Shown here: one piece after another, positions 31,201 to 41,972 of the stretch
How the letters are laid out: each line of letters starts with the position of its first letter
Numbering within the stretch: the stretch's first letter is position 1
Assembly (NCBI GenBank): GCA_030167865.1
Contig: JALAGF010005473.1
Span: 1 to 64,000 of the forward strand
Source of the DNA: Craspedostauros australis
Taxonomy: Eukaryota
Direction of reading: 5' to 3'
Length of the DNA: 64,000 bases
Position numbers and translations under genes: made by a program
Notes under the pieces: model-generated
Database searches by the model: none
The model's input: only the letters and a program-made list of their open reading frames with translations
Told to the model about the DNA's origin: nothing

Positions 31201-32251
31201 TCTGTTCCAGCCCATGACCAGGCAAGGCCTGATGGTACATTACAATGGGCTGGATGTCGATCAAACCCAGGACTTCATCAAGGTCCATTGCACTTCGTAT
31301 GTCAACAAGATGCTAGAGCGTCATGAGTGGCAAAACTTCAAGACTACGCAGCGGCTACCCATGCGATCGGACAACTCCTACGTCAAAAGTCTGGACAACG
31401 CGGTGCTTCCAGCGACTGATGCCGAACGCGCGAGTGTGGCGAGTCAGTTTACCTTCCGGTATCGACAAGCAATCGGTGAGCTTATCTGGGCAATGATCTC
31501 GTGCAGACCTGACATCTCTTTCCCGGTTGTGAAGCTCTCACAATTCTCTGCCAATCCTGCTGCACTTCATTTTGAGGGCGTCAAGTATCTCATGCGATAT
31601 GTTGCCGGTACTCGTGATCACGGTGTCACATATTGGAGGGTGCAGCCTCTCGTGGATATGCCTCAGGCGCCCCGTCCCGCTCGGCTCTCGCCTGCTGACG
31701 ACGATGTACATGATGCTACTGGCATTCAACACCTCGACGCGTCAACGCTGTACGGCTACACTGATGCTGACTGGGGGGTTGACATTCGACATCGCCGGTC
31801 CGTCACTGGGATCATCTATCTCTTTGGAGGCGCTGCAGTGGCTTGGAAAACTCGTGTGCAGCCTACCGTGTCCATGAGCAGCACTGAGGCAGAATTCGTC
31901 GCTGCTAGCGATGCTGGCCGCATGGCCCTTTGGCTTCGTTCCATTCTTGATGAGGTTGGCGTGAAACAGCAGTACGCGACCATGATATTCGAGGACAACC
32001 GCGGCGCGCGGCTGATGGCTTCTGCCAGTCAGCCTACCCGGAACTCGCGTCACATCGCGATCCGAGAGTTCGCAGTCCTTGATTGGGTTGAGCGGGATCT
32101 GCTCACCTACCCAGAGGTCGCCTCTGACCTAAACGCATCCGACATTTGCACGAAACAGACGCCTGTGGCCCTGTACTTCTGGCATATCGACCTAGTGATG
32201 GGTCGTCTTGTGCCATTCTATGTACGCGGCCGCGGCAACCCGGATTTGTAA
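28244..32251 (+). CDS. pol: Retrotransposon Pol (protease, integrase, PDZ-like insert, reverse transcriptase, RNase H), probably expressed as a Gag-Pol frameshift product
   Basis: PR: CDPGAN. IN: LWHLRLGH...CDAC, HVDFG...RVDLGGE...NGKVERLNRT. RT: KKARAVCDG...RQVDDF. RH: GYTDADWG...STEAEFVA...FEDN. Open from 28244 with no stops. Confidence 0.95.
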   Translation, partial: GPAAAGFCACWPGLKLCPGEQLKNVSRACETPVGAPYGEVSSLTTAYAHQPPSKLVPFVACADMTLFAASTRQVSQRAWRQQDHGQCDPGANVCATPHIDMLRAYEVFAQPILLEAANASAPTMECPGAGVMQLHGTQDRSVSVRMLHCPHLADTLVSPQAIVGQSDNDFQGFFVHSAPHGARVVFTSSTGEVEVPLVVRNGLYYFQGPSQCVFSIRKASATLVSELWHLRLGHVGMSQLPLLSKCATGIPPEAIAAVHPLRHCDACSQAGYQHAARGPNDTQTANVPGARFHVDFGFMRASNAQYGLKGKSPRDSRVVRSVDGYCAYLLVVDAYTAYVWVFMTKDKSPPIVAVRQVLTSFGRSSGYRAVRVDLGGELARSDQFRAMVMECGYTVEPTGADCAWMNGKVERLNRTFGTMVRALLYSAGMQPHFWSKALAHAVYLKNRLYHSGIRTTPYERQHGVQPDLSHLRVFGSRVTVKKPGKAAAKLDVHTYDGIFVGHTATQALHEYFDLRTGRFKRAGNIVFDEAHFSSTHRPPGPQLLFDLGFKQPVAVECDAARVGTASYPRLGKKASATPPLACRVPLPLGDLLDRAIQHASAAACSTTDATHTVDIDMADDPFGYSFDQTVAIAGTDVTLGFDFRYDARRDRLVLIMCRPGQPSARIPRWRSRLRHSHLQTVHGHDVHNLDQLKACIRKLRDDNITSAVFTFAFDDVRNALSQTGVPQMYFDQLRNVRDIIGSISPVARATSVTNAPVKLTRRKLLQQDDWPEWSAAEYKQLDQYDAQRMFGEPVVPPEGAAVFNWVWVYVVKTHENNRKKARAVCDGSTRGGHARVFGHTYAATPDLTELRILLAIAAVQGLKVYGSDVTNAFAEAPAGEQRYYMRVDEQYRAWWETRRGQHMPSGAVIPVLKNLQGHPEAPRLWSLHVNGLLRAMDFQATTHAPCLYTGSIRGSKVYVLRQVDDFAVAATSEGVFDTFCDRLDKSLFQPMTRQGLMVHYNGLDVDQTQDFIKVHCTSYVNKMLERHEWQNFKTTQRLPMRSDNSYVKSLDNAVLPATDAERASVASQFTFRYRQAIGELIWAMISCRPDISFPVVKLSQFSANPAALHFEGVKYLMRYVAGTRDHGVTYWRVQPLVDMPQAPRPARLSPADDDVHDATGIQHLDASTLYGYTDADWGVDIRHRRSVTGIIYLFGGAAVAWKTRVQPTVSMSSTEAEFVAASDAGRMALWLRSILDEVGVKQQYATMIFEDNRGARLMASASQPTRNSRHIAIREFAVLDWVERDLLTYPEVASDLNASDICTKQTPVALYFWHIDLVMGRLVPFYVRGRGNPDL
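28259..28306 (+). promoter_or_regulatory. Predicted -1 programmed ribosomal frameshift signal (slippery G_GAT_TTT plus 3' stem-loop)
   Basis: The pol frame (-1) opens after TGA 28241 and overlaps the end of gag. The heptamer at 28259-28265 is in gag phase. After a 5-nt spacer comes the hairpin TGCTGGCCAGGAC-taaaactgt-GTCCTGGTGAGCA. Confidence 0.8.
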
Positions 32252-32270
32252 CTTTTCCGCTGGCTACGCC

Positions 32271-32283
32271 AGCGTGGGGGGGG
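32271..32283 (+). promoter_or_regulatory. Polypurine tract
   Basis: AGCGTGGGGGGGG immediately precedes the 3' LTR. Confidence 0.85.
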
Positions 32284-32417
32284 TGTTGGCATACGGTCGC
32301 AGACAGACGGTGCAGCAGCACACACCCATGGTCACAGCCTCTGCCAGATCGGAGATAATCACAATAATCACATCATCACACACACAACACATCACGTATC
32401 GTCTCCCGATCATCACA
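32284..32417 (+). repeat. 3' LTR (134 bp)
   Basis: Identical to the 5' LTR and followed by the TSD GTGTC. Confidence 0.97.
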
Positions 32418-34432
32418 GTGTCTCCAGATTGCGCTTTCTCCCTTTCGACATCAGTCGTGGACTATCCACGTTTGCGGAGTGTGTCTCATGAATGTCGCAT
32501 GGGTGCGAGCATTATTGACCAATTCGACTCGTTTGTTAACGTCCAAGACCAATGCGACGCACGCCACGACCAGCCATGGTTGCTCACATTTTGATCGAGG
32601 GCTGCTTCACCAAGAACATCCCCAAGGCGCAAACAACCGCAAACGCAGACACACAGGAGCCGGAACTTCGTCATGTGGTCAACAAGTGACGGTCGGTGAT
32701 GACGATGATGACCATCATGATCATGATGGCGACGGTGTTGCATGTTCTTCGCGTTCTCTTTCGCAACGTGAACTGTGAGAAAAGACCAGAACAGGGATGT
32801 GACGCTAATCGTGCAAAGCGATCGTGTGGTCGGAAACGGCCACAACCATTGCACTTGCAGCTGACGCGATGTCCTTGTTGTAGGATGCATTGTACCGTAC
32901 ATACCAACACGCTGCATGTCATAATACCTACACGCATACAACAAAATGCGTCATGGGCTTCGCAATGAGAGTGGATCGGAACGCTAAATTGCTCATAGTA
33001 CCTCTGAAAACTCCGGCGTAATTGTTCGCAGCAGCAAAATGTCTCGTGCGTAAGTCGGCGCTTTCGATTTCAGGGACAGACAAGAGATGCGAGCAGATGA
33101 TCACACGAAGTGACGCATGACAAGACCACCTCCTCCTTTCTACCCGCGCCATGTTTCGCCGATACCCGGGTGCACATTCTCTACAGCTCAAGATGACGCA
33201 CTTTGGTTGCAACCTGGCGCGGAGCGGTTTGGTCGACACCACGGCGCGATTTTGTTCACTCACGTACCCCCGAGGGCCTCCGCCTTGCCCACCAGACATC
33301 ACACATCTTCCGGTGCCAACAACGACGGTAGTCGTATCCGTACCGTGATGACATACCCATCATCCTCACTCACCGACCCGAAGAAGGCTCGTCGCCTTCC
33401 TTCTTCGATTCTACCTCCTTCCTTCGCTTTCCGGCGTTTCGCTGCCACACAAGCCACTCGCCCAGCAAAGAAGACAACGTTCCCATCTTCCTTCCGCTCA
33501 CGGCGCAGTCGCACGTGGGAATTCGTCAGTGGCATTCCCTCCTTCTTGTTTGATCTTGTTCGACATACTAATACAGGGAACGACATACGCACAACAGCCA
33601 AGGCTGCGTTCTCTCGCCACATCCATCATCATCACAAGTATGTCAGTTTGCATGTTCGTGTTTGTGTGCCTACGTTTCTGCGCTCAGGATCAGTCCTCGC
33701 ATGGACGACCACGTCGGCAACGAAGGCCATGTCCATCGCGCGATCGTCAACACTCGCTGCCATGCTACGAAGCGCAGAGTGCTTGTAGCAGTGGCAGGTG
33801 GCACAGGCAACAACAACGACCAGCATGACGACAGTGTGTGATGTGACGCATGTTACCAATACTTCCTCGTAGTACTAACAGCAGAAATGACAACAGAGAG
33901 AGTGTCTGACGATGCTCGTGGTTGCATCATGGAAACATCATGTGCAATTTCCATCGACCTGCAACAGCCCCCACCATGATGTGTGTAGCATCGAGTATCT
34001 CTCGCAAACCTTCGCACTCTTGATGTGGACACAGTGTACCATACTCTCGTTGCTATGTCTGGTACAAGTGTGGCACCATTCGTACAGTCAGACCTCATAA
34101 TCTTTAAAGCATCAGACAGCTCTCATAGTCGTACCATTCGTATCCGACTATCCCTCCAACAACAACAACGACGACAACAATCACACACACCCTCAGACAA
34201 GCGCGCGCAAGCACAAACGAGCATACAGTCGCAGCAGCACAGCACAGCATACGTCGTCGTCGTCCGTATACTCAAACATTCAAACGCACATACACACATA
34301 TTCGCATACTCGCGGAAACACATAGAGTAGAGTAGAACAATACGCTCTGTCACCCCTCGACTCCGTCTTTGTACGCACTCAAGCTCAGCTTCAGACTCGA
34401 AACAACACATTGCCACTCTCGTTTTGACATCG

Positions 34433-35083
34433 ATGGACACATCACTCTCGACACAGATAAATACGACGATAGCAGCAGAGACAATGATGACAATGATGCC
34501 AACAGCGGCCGATGGCATGGCGGAGACGATGGCGACAGCACCTGTGGTGTCACCAGTCCGTTCGATGATTTCGACAATCTCAGAGGATCATTCCAACGAT
34601 GGTGATGACTATCACGATGATGCCATGTTCGTGGCGGGGCCAGCCCACGAACAACAAGACCAGCAAGAACAGCATCATGGCCAATACTTCGACTACCCAC
34701 AGCCGGATGAATGCTACAGTGACGACTTCCCTCCACCACCCGTCACCCAAATTGCTTTCAGCACGGCGGATCAATCATCAATGTCCGCATTGGACCTGAT
34801 GCCAACGTCACTGATGACGACAGCATCGCAGTATCCGTACATCGCGCCGCAGCAATCGTACCCGATGGACGACGTGGCGCTCTTTCGGCAGTACGCAGAC
34901 GCATTCCAGGCCTGCCAATCATTGTACACTGGGCACACGAGGCCACAGACTTCTCCGGCAGCTGGAACGCGGACGTCATCGATGTCACCGTTCTACGGGG
35001 AAGAGCCGCGGCTGGAGGATTCTCTGGCGGCGATCTCATCGATCTCGCAAAAGCGGCAGTTCTGCAATCCGCAAGAGTCGTGA
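34433..35083 (+). CDS. Hypothetical acidic/disordered protein with a C-terminal PRLED motif
   Basis: Coding-like ORF after a CA-rich leader. It shares the motif F..Y.....C..Y...PRLEDxLA with 36784-37071. Confidence 0.6.
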   Translation: MDTSLSTQINTTIAAETMMTMMPTAADGMAETMATAPVVSPVRSMISTISEDHSNDGDDYHDDAMFVAGPAHEQQDQQEQHHGQYFDYPQPDECYSDDFPPPPVTQIAFSTADQSSMSALDLMPTSLMTTASQYPYIAPQQSYPMDDVALFRQYADAFQACQSLYTGHTRPQTSPAAGTRTSSMSPFYGEEPRLEDSLAAISSISQKRQFCNPQES

Positions 35084-36783
35084 TGATGGTTTGGAGCTGG
35101 CATGCGAACAGGAGCAATAGGGATATCAAGAGCACAGCGACACGAGCAGTATCCCAGTTTGACCCAGGCCAACCGGCAAGGGTGAATCAAGTGACAAGGA
35201 CGCAACCAAGCCGAAATGAAAGTGGATAACGAGGCGCACAAGAGAAGCACTCTCTCGCAATGCTTCGGCTGTTGCCATTATCGTAGAGTAGACCTCACTC
35301 AAATAACATAGATGTACGTACAGTAGTTGAAGCCTGCATTGGTTCCTTTTCTCTATAGTCCTCCTCATCGCACCAGCCAACCTCTGCACCTTCCGTCAAA
35401 TCCATCGTCCTGTTTCACTGAAGCATCGAAACGGCAGGAACCAACCATGCTCATCGCTTGGGTTGAAGGGCATGCCCACACGAAGACGTGACATCGAACA
35501 CTTGCTCCATCCATCACAATCACAACCACGCTGCCTCCCTACCACATCATAGTACTATTCAGTGTGGCCTTCTATTCGGTCTCACAGCACAAGGCGCGAA
35601 ATCACGACAAGCTACGTCTTGAGAGAGCAGAGCAGCAAGCATGTTCCATACCATGCGAGAGAAAGTTGGTGGCTTTGCAGTGCTGCGTATTCGTAGTCGT
35701 ATCTGTAGTCGTCCTCGTATGTAGTTATCGTAAACACTCTTGGTACTCCCACTCCCCAACGATCGGTGTTGCCCTGTCGGCGGAATGCAACATGTGCCAA
35801 CGTGCGAGTATGGTACGAGCTACTCCTCCCTCCAGAGAGCAAGAACAAGACAGAGGATGTTTCTGACAGCTGCCTGGCGACATGACGCGCTGCGCCGTCC
35901 TCGGAGCCCATGGCTCCTTTCGCTCCCCCCTCGTCTCTGTGTGGTGCTCGTTTGCTGCATTCTTCTCGCGTCAGTTTTGCGTTTTGACACCCATGACACC
36001 AAAGTCGTGGTTCCGCGATCGTGATCTGAGCAATCAACGATTGAAGTTGTGACGAGAGTTCCAACAAGGCCCAAAAACACGGAGCCGCCAAATGGCCATC
36101 TGCCCATCTGCTCGTCGCCTGCTCAGCGTTGACAGTTATGGACTTAACGTTTGCTCAGCAATGATAAATCGAAGTTCAACAGATGTGAACAGGAGTGCAC
36201 AAACCTCACACAATCAACACCAAGGCAGCCAAAATGCGAAACACCTCGAAACGCAACCACTGGTGAGAAGCGGAGATTGGCAGCGTCCACAACCAACCAC
36301 TGGCGTCATTGATGCCGACGCTGCCACGTCCGGCAGTACTCACTTCGAGTTTCGGGAAATACTGAAACAAAAGCACTTCTTCATGAACAAGGGCACAAGA
36401 GTCGTTTTGTTTGGCATCAGCGTGTTTCTCGTGATGTGCTCACAACAGCACGCAACAGGAGCAGTCCAACTGCCTCTCTCCACCTCGTCACAGCCCTCGA
36501 CGAGTGTGGCCGTGCCATTCGTACTTATAATACATTATAAAGCATCGTAGGGTATTTTATTCTGAAATCGTAGTTGGCAATCCATCACCGTCCGAGTTCG
36601 ATCCAGCACAAGCTTCCCCAGCATCATCCCTCCCACACATCCACGCCAGACAACGGCAGCTCGTGTACATACCACTACTCCAGCAACTTCCATTTGATCC
36701 CAACCCTCTCCGTCCGCACAGGTGTTGATCCAATTCCTGCATCCAGCAAGTACGCAAACACGCAAGCACACAACATCCTCACG

Positions 36784-37071
36784 ATGACCGCGGTAGACGA
36801 CAAGGACACCGCCAGCGTCATCAGCTCAACGGCGAGCTCGTCCGGATCCAATGACGACACAGTCACCAGCGACATCTTCGAGATGTACCAAGAGCTCATC
36901 GATGATTGCCGACCATTTTACAACACTCTGTTTCCACTGCCAGCGAGAAGTGACCAGCAAAAGACATCCGCCTTGACATCGCCATCGCCGTCAAGTCTTG
37001 TGTTGCATCCCAGACTCGAAGACGCTCTGGCAGGTGATCGACAGCAGATCGCAACGGATGATATGATCTAA
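36784..37071 (+). CDS. Small (95-aa) hypothetical protein with a PRLED motif
   Basis: MTAVDDKDTAS...IFEMYQELIDDCRPFY...HPRLEDALAG; the motif is shared with the upstream gene. Confidence 0.55.
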   Translation: MTAVDDKDTASVISSTASSSGSNDDTVTSDIFEMYQELIDDCRPFYNTLFPLPARSDQQKTSALTSPSPSSLVLHPRLEDALAGDRQQIATDDMI

Positions 37072-37794
37072 TGGGCATTGCTCTACGATAAGAGTAAAAT
37101 TCTATACTGGCATTATATAATACATACATACACACACACAACATACACTCGCAGTCCACATGCCACCTGACCACATTCTTGAGACTATTCTCCATGCTGG
37201 TTTGGATTCAGGGGACATGGGGAGCTCGGATGCGATCATGGCGGCAACAGGTGTAACATCGAATAGATACTGATGAATCAAAGAGAAGTGGTAAGAGCAG
37301 AAGAATGGCGGTTCGCGGTGGCATCGGAAATGGAGAGTCGAAGGAGCATGGTGTTGTTGCGACAGATGAAGCTCTCCCCATGAATCCAATGAGCAATAGG
37401 CGGAAATAGCAAAGGGAGGGGGAGGATCGAGCGTGAAACGCGAAATTTGTACGCGCAGAGTAGGGTACTCGATTGATACACTTGAGAATTGTACTATAGC
37501 AATGAAATGGGTAAAATCTACTTAGCACTGTGGGATGGTCAAATACATGCAGAGTGTGCGTATTTGGCGCCATCGAGATCTTGGAATCGGTTCGGCACAG
37601 ACGCTTGGCATAGACTCGGTGTGACGATGCGGCTCCTTTGTCGCGCAGAGGTATGGTAGGAATAGAACGGGGCTTGTGCTTGACCAGATCACTGGCAGCA
37701 ATCTGTCGGTAGGCATGACAATCAATCCAAATATGCAAAATGAACGGCGGTTGACCACATGCGCTCGCACTCAGCTTTCACGCCGTTGCATCTG

Positions 37795-38778
37795 CTATTT
37801 GCGTTTCGATTTGCCGCCGCGCTTCTGCGATTGTTTGGTCTGCGACCGTTTCGTCTTCCCAAACTGATCATTGTGGATGCCCTCCTGGAATGTGGCGCCG
37901 GAAGCCGCGTACGCACATTTGAGGATGATCCTCTTCCCTCTCTTCAATGGAGTCACGCAGTGTTTCGGCCCGCCTGCCTGAATCAGCACAACTGAATTGG
38001 GATCCGTTTGTCTCTTCTCTTCTTTGATGATTCTCGAACTTCCCGATGCTTCGATGGTCCACATGGTGGCGCAGTCGGAGGTATTCTCCAACGTGATGAC
38101 TGCTTCGACTTGAGGTGGATCGTACAGGACATCATCAACATGCCACGCCATCCCTGCTCCTGCCCTTTCGTACGATCGAACCTCGACTGGCAGGTGCGAT
38201 GACAGGATGAAGTCTCGTCCGCATTGACGCTTGATGAATTGCGCCATCGAACCCGTTTGCAGCAACTGAACGACGGGATCGCTCGGCTGCAGTGCGGCAC
38301 CCATCCGTTTGGTCGCAACCGTCGACGCGGTCTCTTCGTTGAGACGTTTCATCAATGGTTGCAGACTCTGCTGAATCACATCCAGCTCTTGCTTTTCGAA
38401 GATGGATTGACGGTAGATAATTCCACCCGATTTCTCGAGGTTGGTCTTGCTTTGGCGCTCGTTGGAGTAGGAGTACTGCCAACTGGATTGGTAGTCCTCG
38501 ATGGTTGTCTCGCCTGCGACTTCCGTTGCCGTCCTCAATGATGTGGCACCCAGCCCGTGCGGCCGAAATGCTATCATCTCATCGCGAACTCGATGTTCAC
38601 TGCATTGTCTATTCTGGAGTGATCGTTGAGTGTGTGCGGACGGTCCGCACCGTGGTATCGTGCATTCGAGATGAACCGGGAAGGCATGGACCCATCCTGC
38701 CAGCAATGGTAATACGATCAGAGTGATCTGTGGGTGCATAAATACGCGGCAGGCGCGCGGGTACTTGCATGCCATCAT
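37795..38778 (-). CDS. 2-oxoglutarate/Fe(II)-dependent oxygenase-like protein, probably plastid-targeted
   Basis: MAWHVDD (HxD)...KHCVTPLKRGKRIILK (distal His and Arg). The N-terminal signal peptide ends in VHA-F. Confidence 0.8.
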   Translation of the reverse strand: MMACKYPRACRVFMHPQITLIVLPLLAGWVHAFPVHLECTIPRCGPSAHTQRSLQNRQCSEHRVRDEMIAFRPHGLGATSLRTATEVAGETTIEDYQSSWQYSYSNERQSKTNLEKSGGIIYRQSIFEKQELDVIQQSLQPLMKRLNEETASTVATKRMGAALQPSDPVVQLLQTGSMAQFIKRQCGRDFILSSHLPVEVRSYERAGAGMAWHVDDVLYDPPQVEAVITLENTSDCATMWTIEASGSSRIIKEEKRQTDPNSVVLIQAGGPKHCVTPLKRGKRIILKCAYAASGATFQEGIHNDQFGKTKRSQTKQSQKRGGKSKRK

Positions 38779-39310
38779 GGCTGCTGGTGTGGATGCCGTG
38801 CTGTTGGGAGGTCATGTCAAACGCAAGACAGGGCACTCCGCATGATGTTGAATGCGTGATGCTGAATGCGTCATGCTGGTATCGTCACGAAGCAATGTCG
38901 GCATGTTGGAGCGCTCCGAGTGTTCTCATCCGTGCGTGGTTGATCGTGATGTTGTTGTCTTTGGTTGGCATTCCGATTGGTTGGTTTTGTGGAAAGGAGC
39001 GAAATGGCCGATCATTGTTGCGTTTTGAATCCGACTGGTTCGACCGACAGCATCTCCACAACAGAGATTCGTGATCCGAAAGCAGTCTTCGAGTCACGGA
39101 CATCAATCACCAACGAAAACTGCGCCATGTTTTTGTTCGATTTCGATGCGTCTCCGTCCTGCTTCCCATCACCGATCTTCCTTGTGGCAACCATGTGATG
39201 ATCGCAACATAATCGATGGACATCCATGATAGCAGAATAGATCATACGACAGGGATACCTAATACGACAGAGAGAAGGTCGGTTATTCAGCGAAAGAAGC
39301 AGCAGCAGCA

Positions 39311-41703
39311 ATGGATAATGCGAGCCGAAGGCGTGATAGTCCAAGGATACCAGCAACGATGACCGGACACAATTCTGGATGGGGTGGACGGCGACACTTG
39401 ATTCTGCCGATGGCGGTTTGTATCTCTGCGCTGGTCAAGTCGGTAGTGGCGTCAACTTCTCTGCCGTTGCTCTTTGCCGCCCATCCATCGCTCCGACATC
39501 ATGCAGCGACGTCATGCGAGCGCAATTCAAGACAAGTCGTGCTGTTGGGTGCGGCCGAGAGTGCAAGCGAAACGAAGACAATCCAATCCTCCGATGGAAG
39601 CAAGAAGAAACGGCCGACGTCACGGTCGGTGGCCTGCCTTGCGTTGATGGAAAGTGACAAGAACCGACCAACATTTCCCATTCGTCGATTAGAAAGCGAC
39701 CCGAACTATTTGGATCTGGAAGCGCGGGACAAAACCTTCGCGAGGCTCTTGCTAACGATGGTGGGGCGTCGACAAGGTCAGATTGATTCTATTCTCAAGT
39801 CGTTCATCAAACCAGGCAACCGATTCCGAAAGGTCAGTGCGCATGGTGGTGCAAGCAGTGGGAGCAACAGTCGGGTTGCTGTCTCTGTCCTCGTCGTCGT
39901 TTGTTGGCTTTTGCGTGATCTATGGTATCGCTTGCAATATAATCCTCTGCTTCAGTGGAATTGAGGTGAATGTCCGGAACAGAGAGACAAGCTTGAGCGT
40001 AGAAGAACGTGGGAACCTGCAACTCACACAAACCTGCGCCACTATTTTCGATTGTTTTCGTTCCGTTCAGAGTCGCGAAAACGATATGCTGTGCCAATCA
40101 GTGCTTCGTGTGGGTGCAGCCCAACTCCTCTTTTTGGACGTCCCTAGCTACGCAGCCGTGAAAGAAACTGTCGATGTCCTTCGCAGCAATCGGAACATCA
40201 AAGTGCAGTAAGTTCTGTGTTTGTTGGCGTCGTTGCTGCTTCTGTGGAGATGGTGCAAGTGGCGACGAGAACTATTACTCTCTCTTGCGATTAGATTCCA
40301 ATCGCGATGATTCTGCTTCTATCGATATCGATGGTCATGGCCGTGGATGCTTGGCATTGCCTTTGTTTTCGATGCATTCCGTTCCTCTCCGTCTCGTTCG
40401 TGTCGATGCCCATCGCTCCACCCAAATGTTTGCGCGACGCGCCACGCTCGCATCATTTGTATGCAAACCAATCAACTCATATCGACTCGACTCGACTCGA
40501 CTCGTCCCATCCTTGATCTCCTGCACTGTACTGCGATGTTGATTGGATGGCATGCAACGACCATTGGACTTATCGTTTGCGGACTGCTACCTCATCAAAT
40601 CAAATCAACTGCACCGCAGTGAATCGAAGATCAAGTTTGTGAACGCCGTCCTGCGAAACGTTGAACGTGGGGGCAGCGAACTGCTCGATTCAACGTCGAT
40701 TTACGACAACATTCAGCCATGGTTAGTGAAGGAATGGCGGACGGCGTACGGTGATGCGAAGACGAAGCTCATCGCGGAAGCAGCGATGAAAGGGTCTCCG
40801 ATCTTCCTTTCCGTAAACTATCACGGGGAGCAATCCGATGCGAAGCGCATCGCCATGATGCAAGAGCTCTCGGAAACATTCAGCCAACCCGAAGAAGAAG
40901 CAATCGTCCTGCCACATGGATCGATCCAGGTTCCTAAGTCCATCAATCTTGCCGTGCCGAAGTGGCCAGGATACGACGAAGGAAAGTGGTGGGTGCAGGA
41001 CCCGTCGGCCACGCTACCGGCCCTTGCCCTGTACAATGCGCTGAAACAGAATGCGGATGCAGGCGGCGCTAATGCGGATGCTGATGCCCAAATTGGAAAC
41101 ATGCATGTTGTTGATCTCTGCAGCGCACCTGGCGGGAAGACCGCGCAACTGTGTTCGCTAGGTTTCGGCAAGGTGACTGCAGTTGAGATCAACGCCCACC
41201 GAACGCAGACGTTGGCGCAAAACATGGCGAGGTTGAAGATGGAGGACACGGTGGAGACGGTTGTAGCAGATGGGACGACAATGGAATTCTCGCCAGAGCA
41301 ACCGAAACCCAAGGGAGTGCTCGTGGATGCTCCGTGCAGTGCCACAGGACTTGGAAGTCGCAGGCCCGACGTGCTTCACAAGGAGCACGACCTGGACGAA
41401 TTGCTGGATGTGCAACAGAGGTTAGCGCAGCACGCCGCAGATAACCTGCTGGACGTTGGCGGCATCTTGGTCTACGCAACATGCTCCTTGTTGAAGCAAG
41501 AGAGCGAAGCGCAGGTGCAGCAGCTGCTTTGCCGAACAGATGGCGCACAAGTTGAGACAGTCCCATTCACTGTTGGAGAAATCCCTGGATTTGATGATGC
41601 CATCGATGACAATGGTTGGCTGAGGGTGGTGCCAGGAACCTTGGACTCGCCTCTGGACCAATGCGATGGGTTCTTCGTGGCTCGTTTGCGCCGCATTTGC
41701 TAG
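39311..41703 (+). CDS. rsmB: RsmB/Sun(Fmu)-like RNA m5C methyltransferase. Exons 39311-39832, 40071-40207 and 40620-41703
   Basis: NusB-like N-domain (LRVGAAQLLFLDVPSYAAVKETV...FVNAVLRN), WWVQDPSA, VDLCSAPGGKT, LVDAPCSATG, LVYATCSL and DGFFVARL. Two canonical GT-AG introns restore the frame. Confidence 0.9.
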
Positions 41704-41972
41704 TTCCACACCTCTCTCCAACGATCCGAGAAGAGCGATAGTGCATCACAGTAGCTGACTACTGCTGGGAGGGCAACTGCCAACGCAAGGCAAGGCAACG
41801 CAAACAACAAGCTGCTGTTGCTGCTGCTCTACACATATTACTGACCGATGTGCGAAAGTGCGGGATGTTCGGATTTCATTTGCAGAACTTCCCCAAGTAC
41901 TACGAGTAGTAGCAGTGCACTTTTGTGTATTCTGCTTAAATGAGAGTATTGTTCGATGTCATGAATTCATGT

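Larger units (their letters stand above)
26348..32417 (+). mobile_element. Full-length Ty1/copia LTR retrotransposon (CoDi-like), 6070 bp
   Basis: Identical 134-bp TG...CA LTRs, 5-bp TSD GTGTC (26343-26347 and 32418-32422), PBS, PPT, gag and a pol with PR-IN-RT-RH order. Confidence 0.97.

Noticed and set aside
32423..34400. Several 100-220-aa ORFs downstream of the retrotransposon
   Set aside because: No domains or coding-like composition; probably intergenic/promoter DNA.
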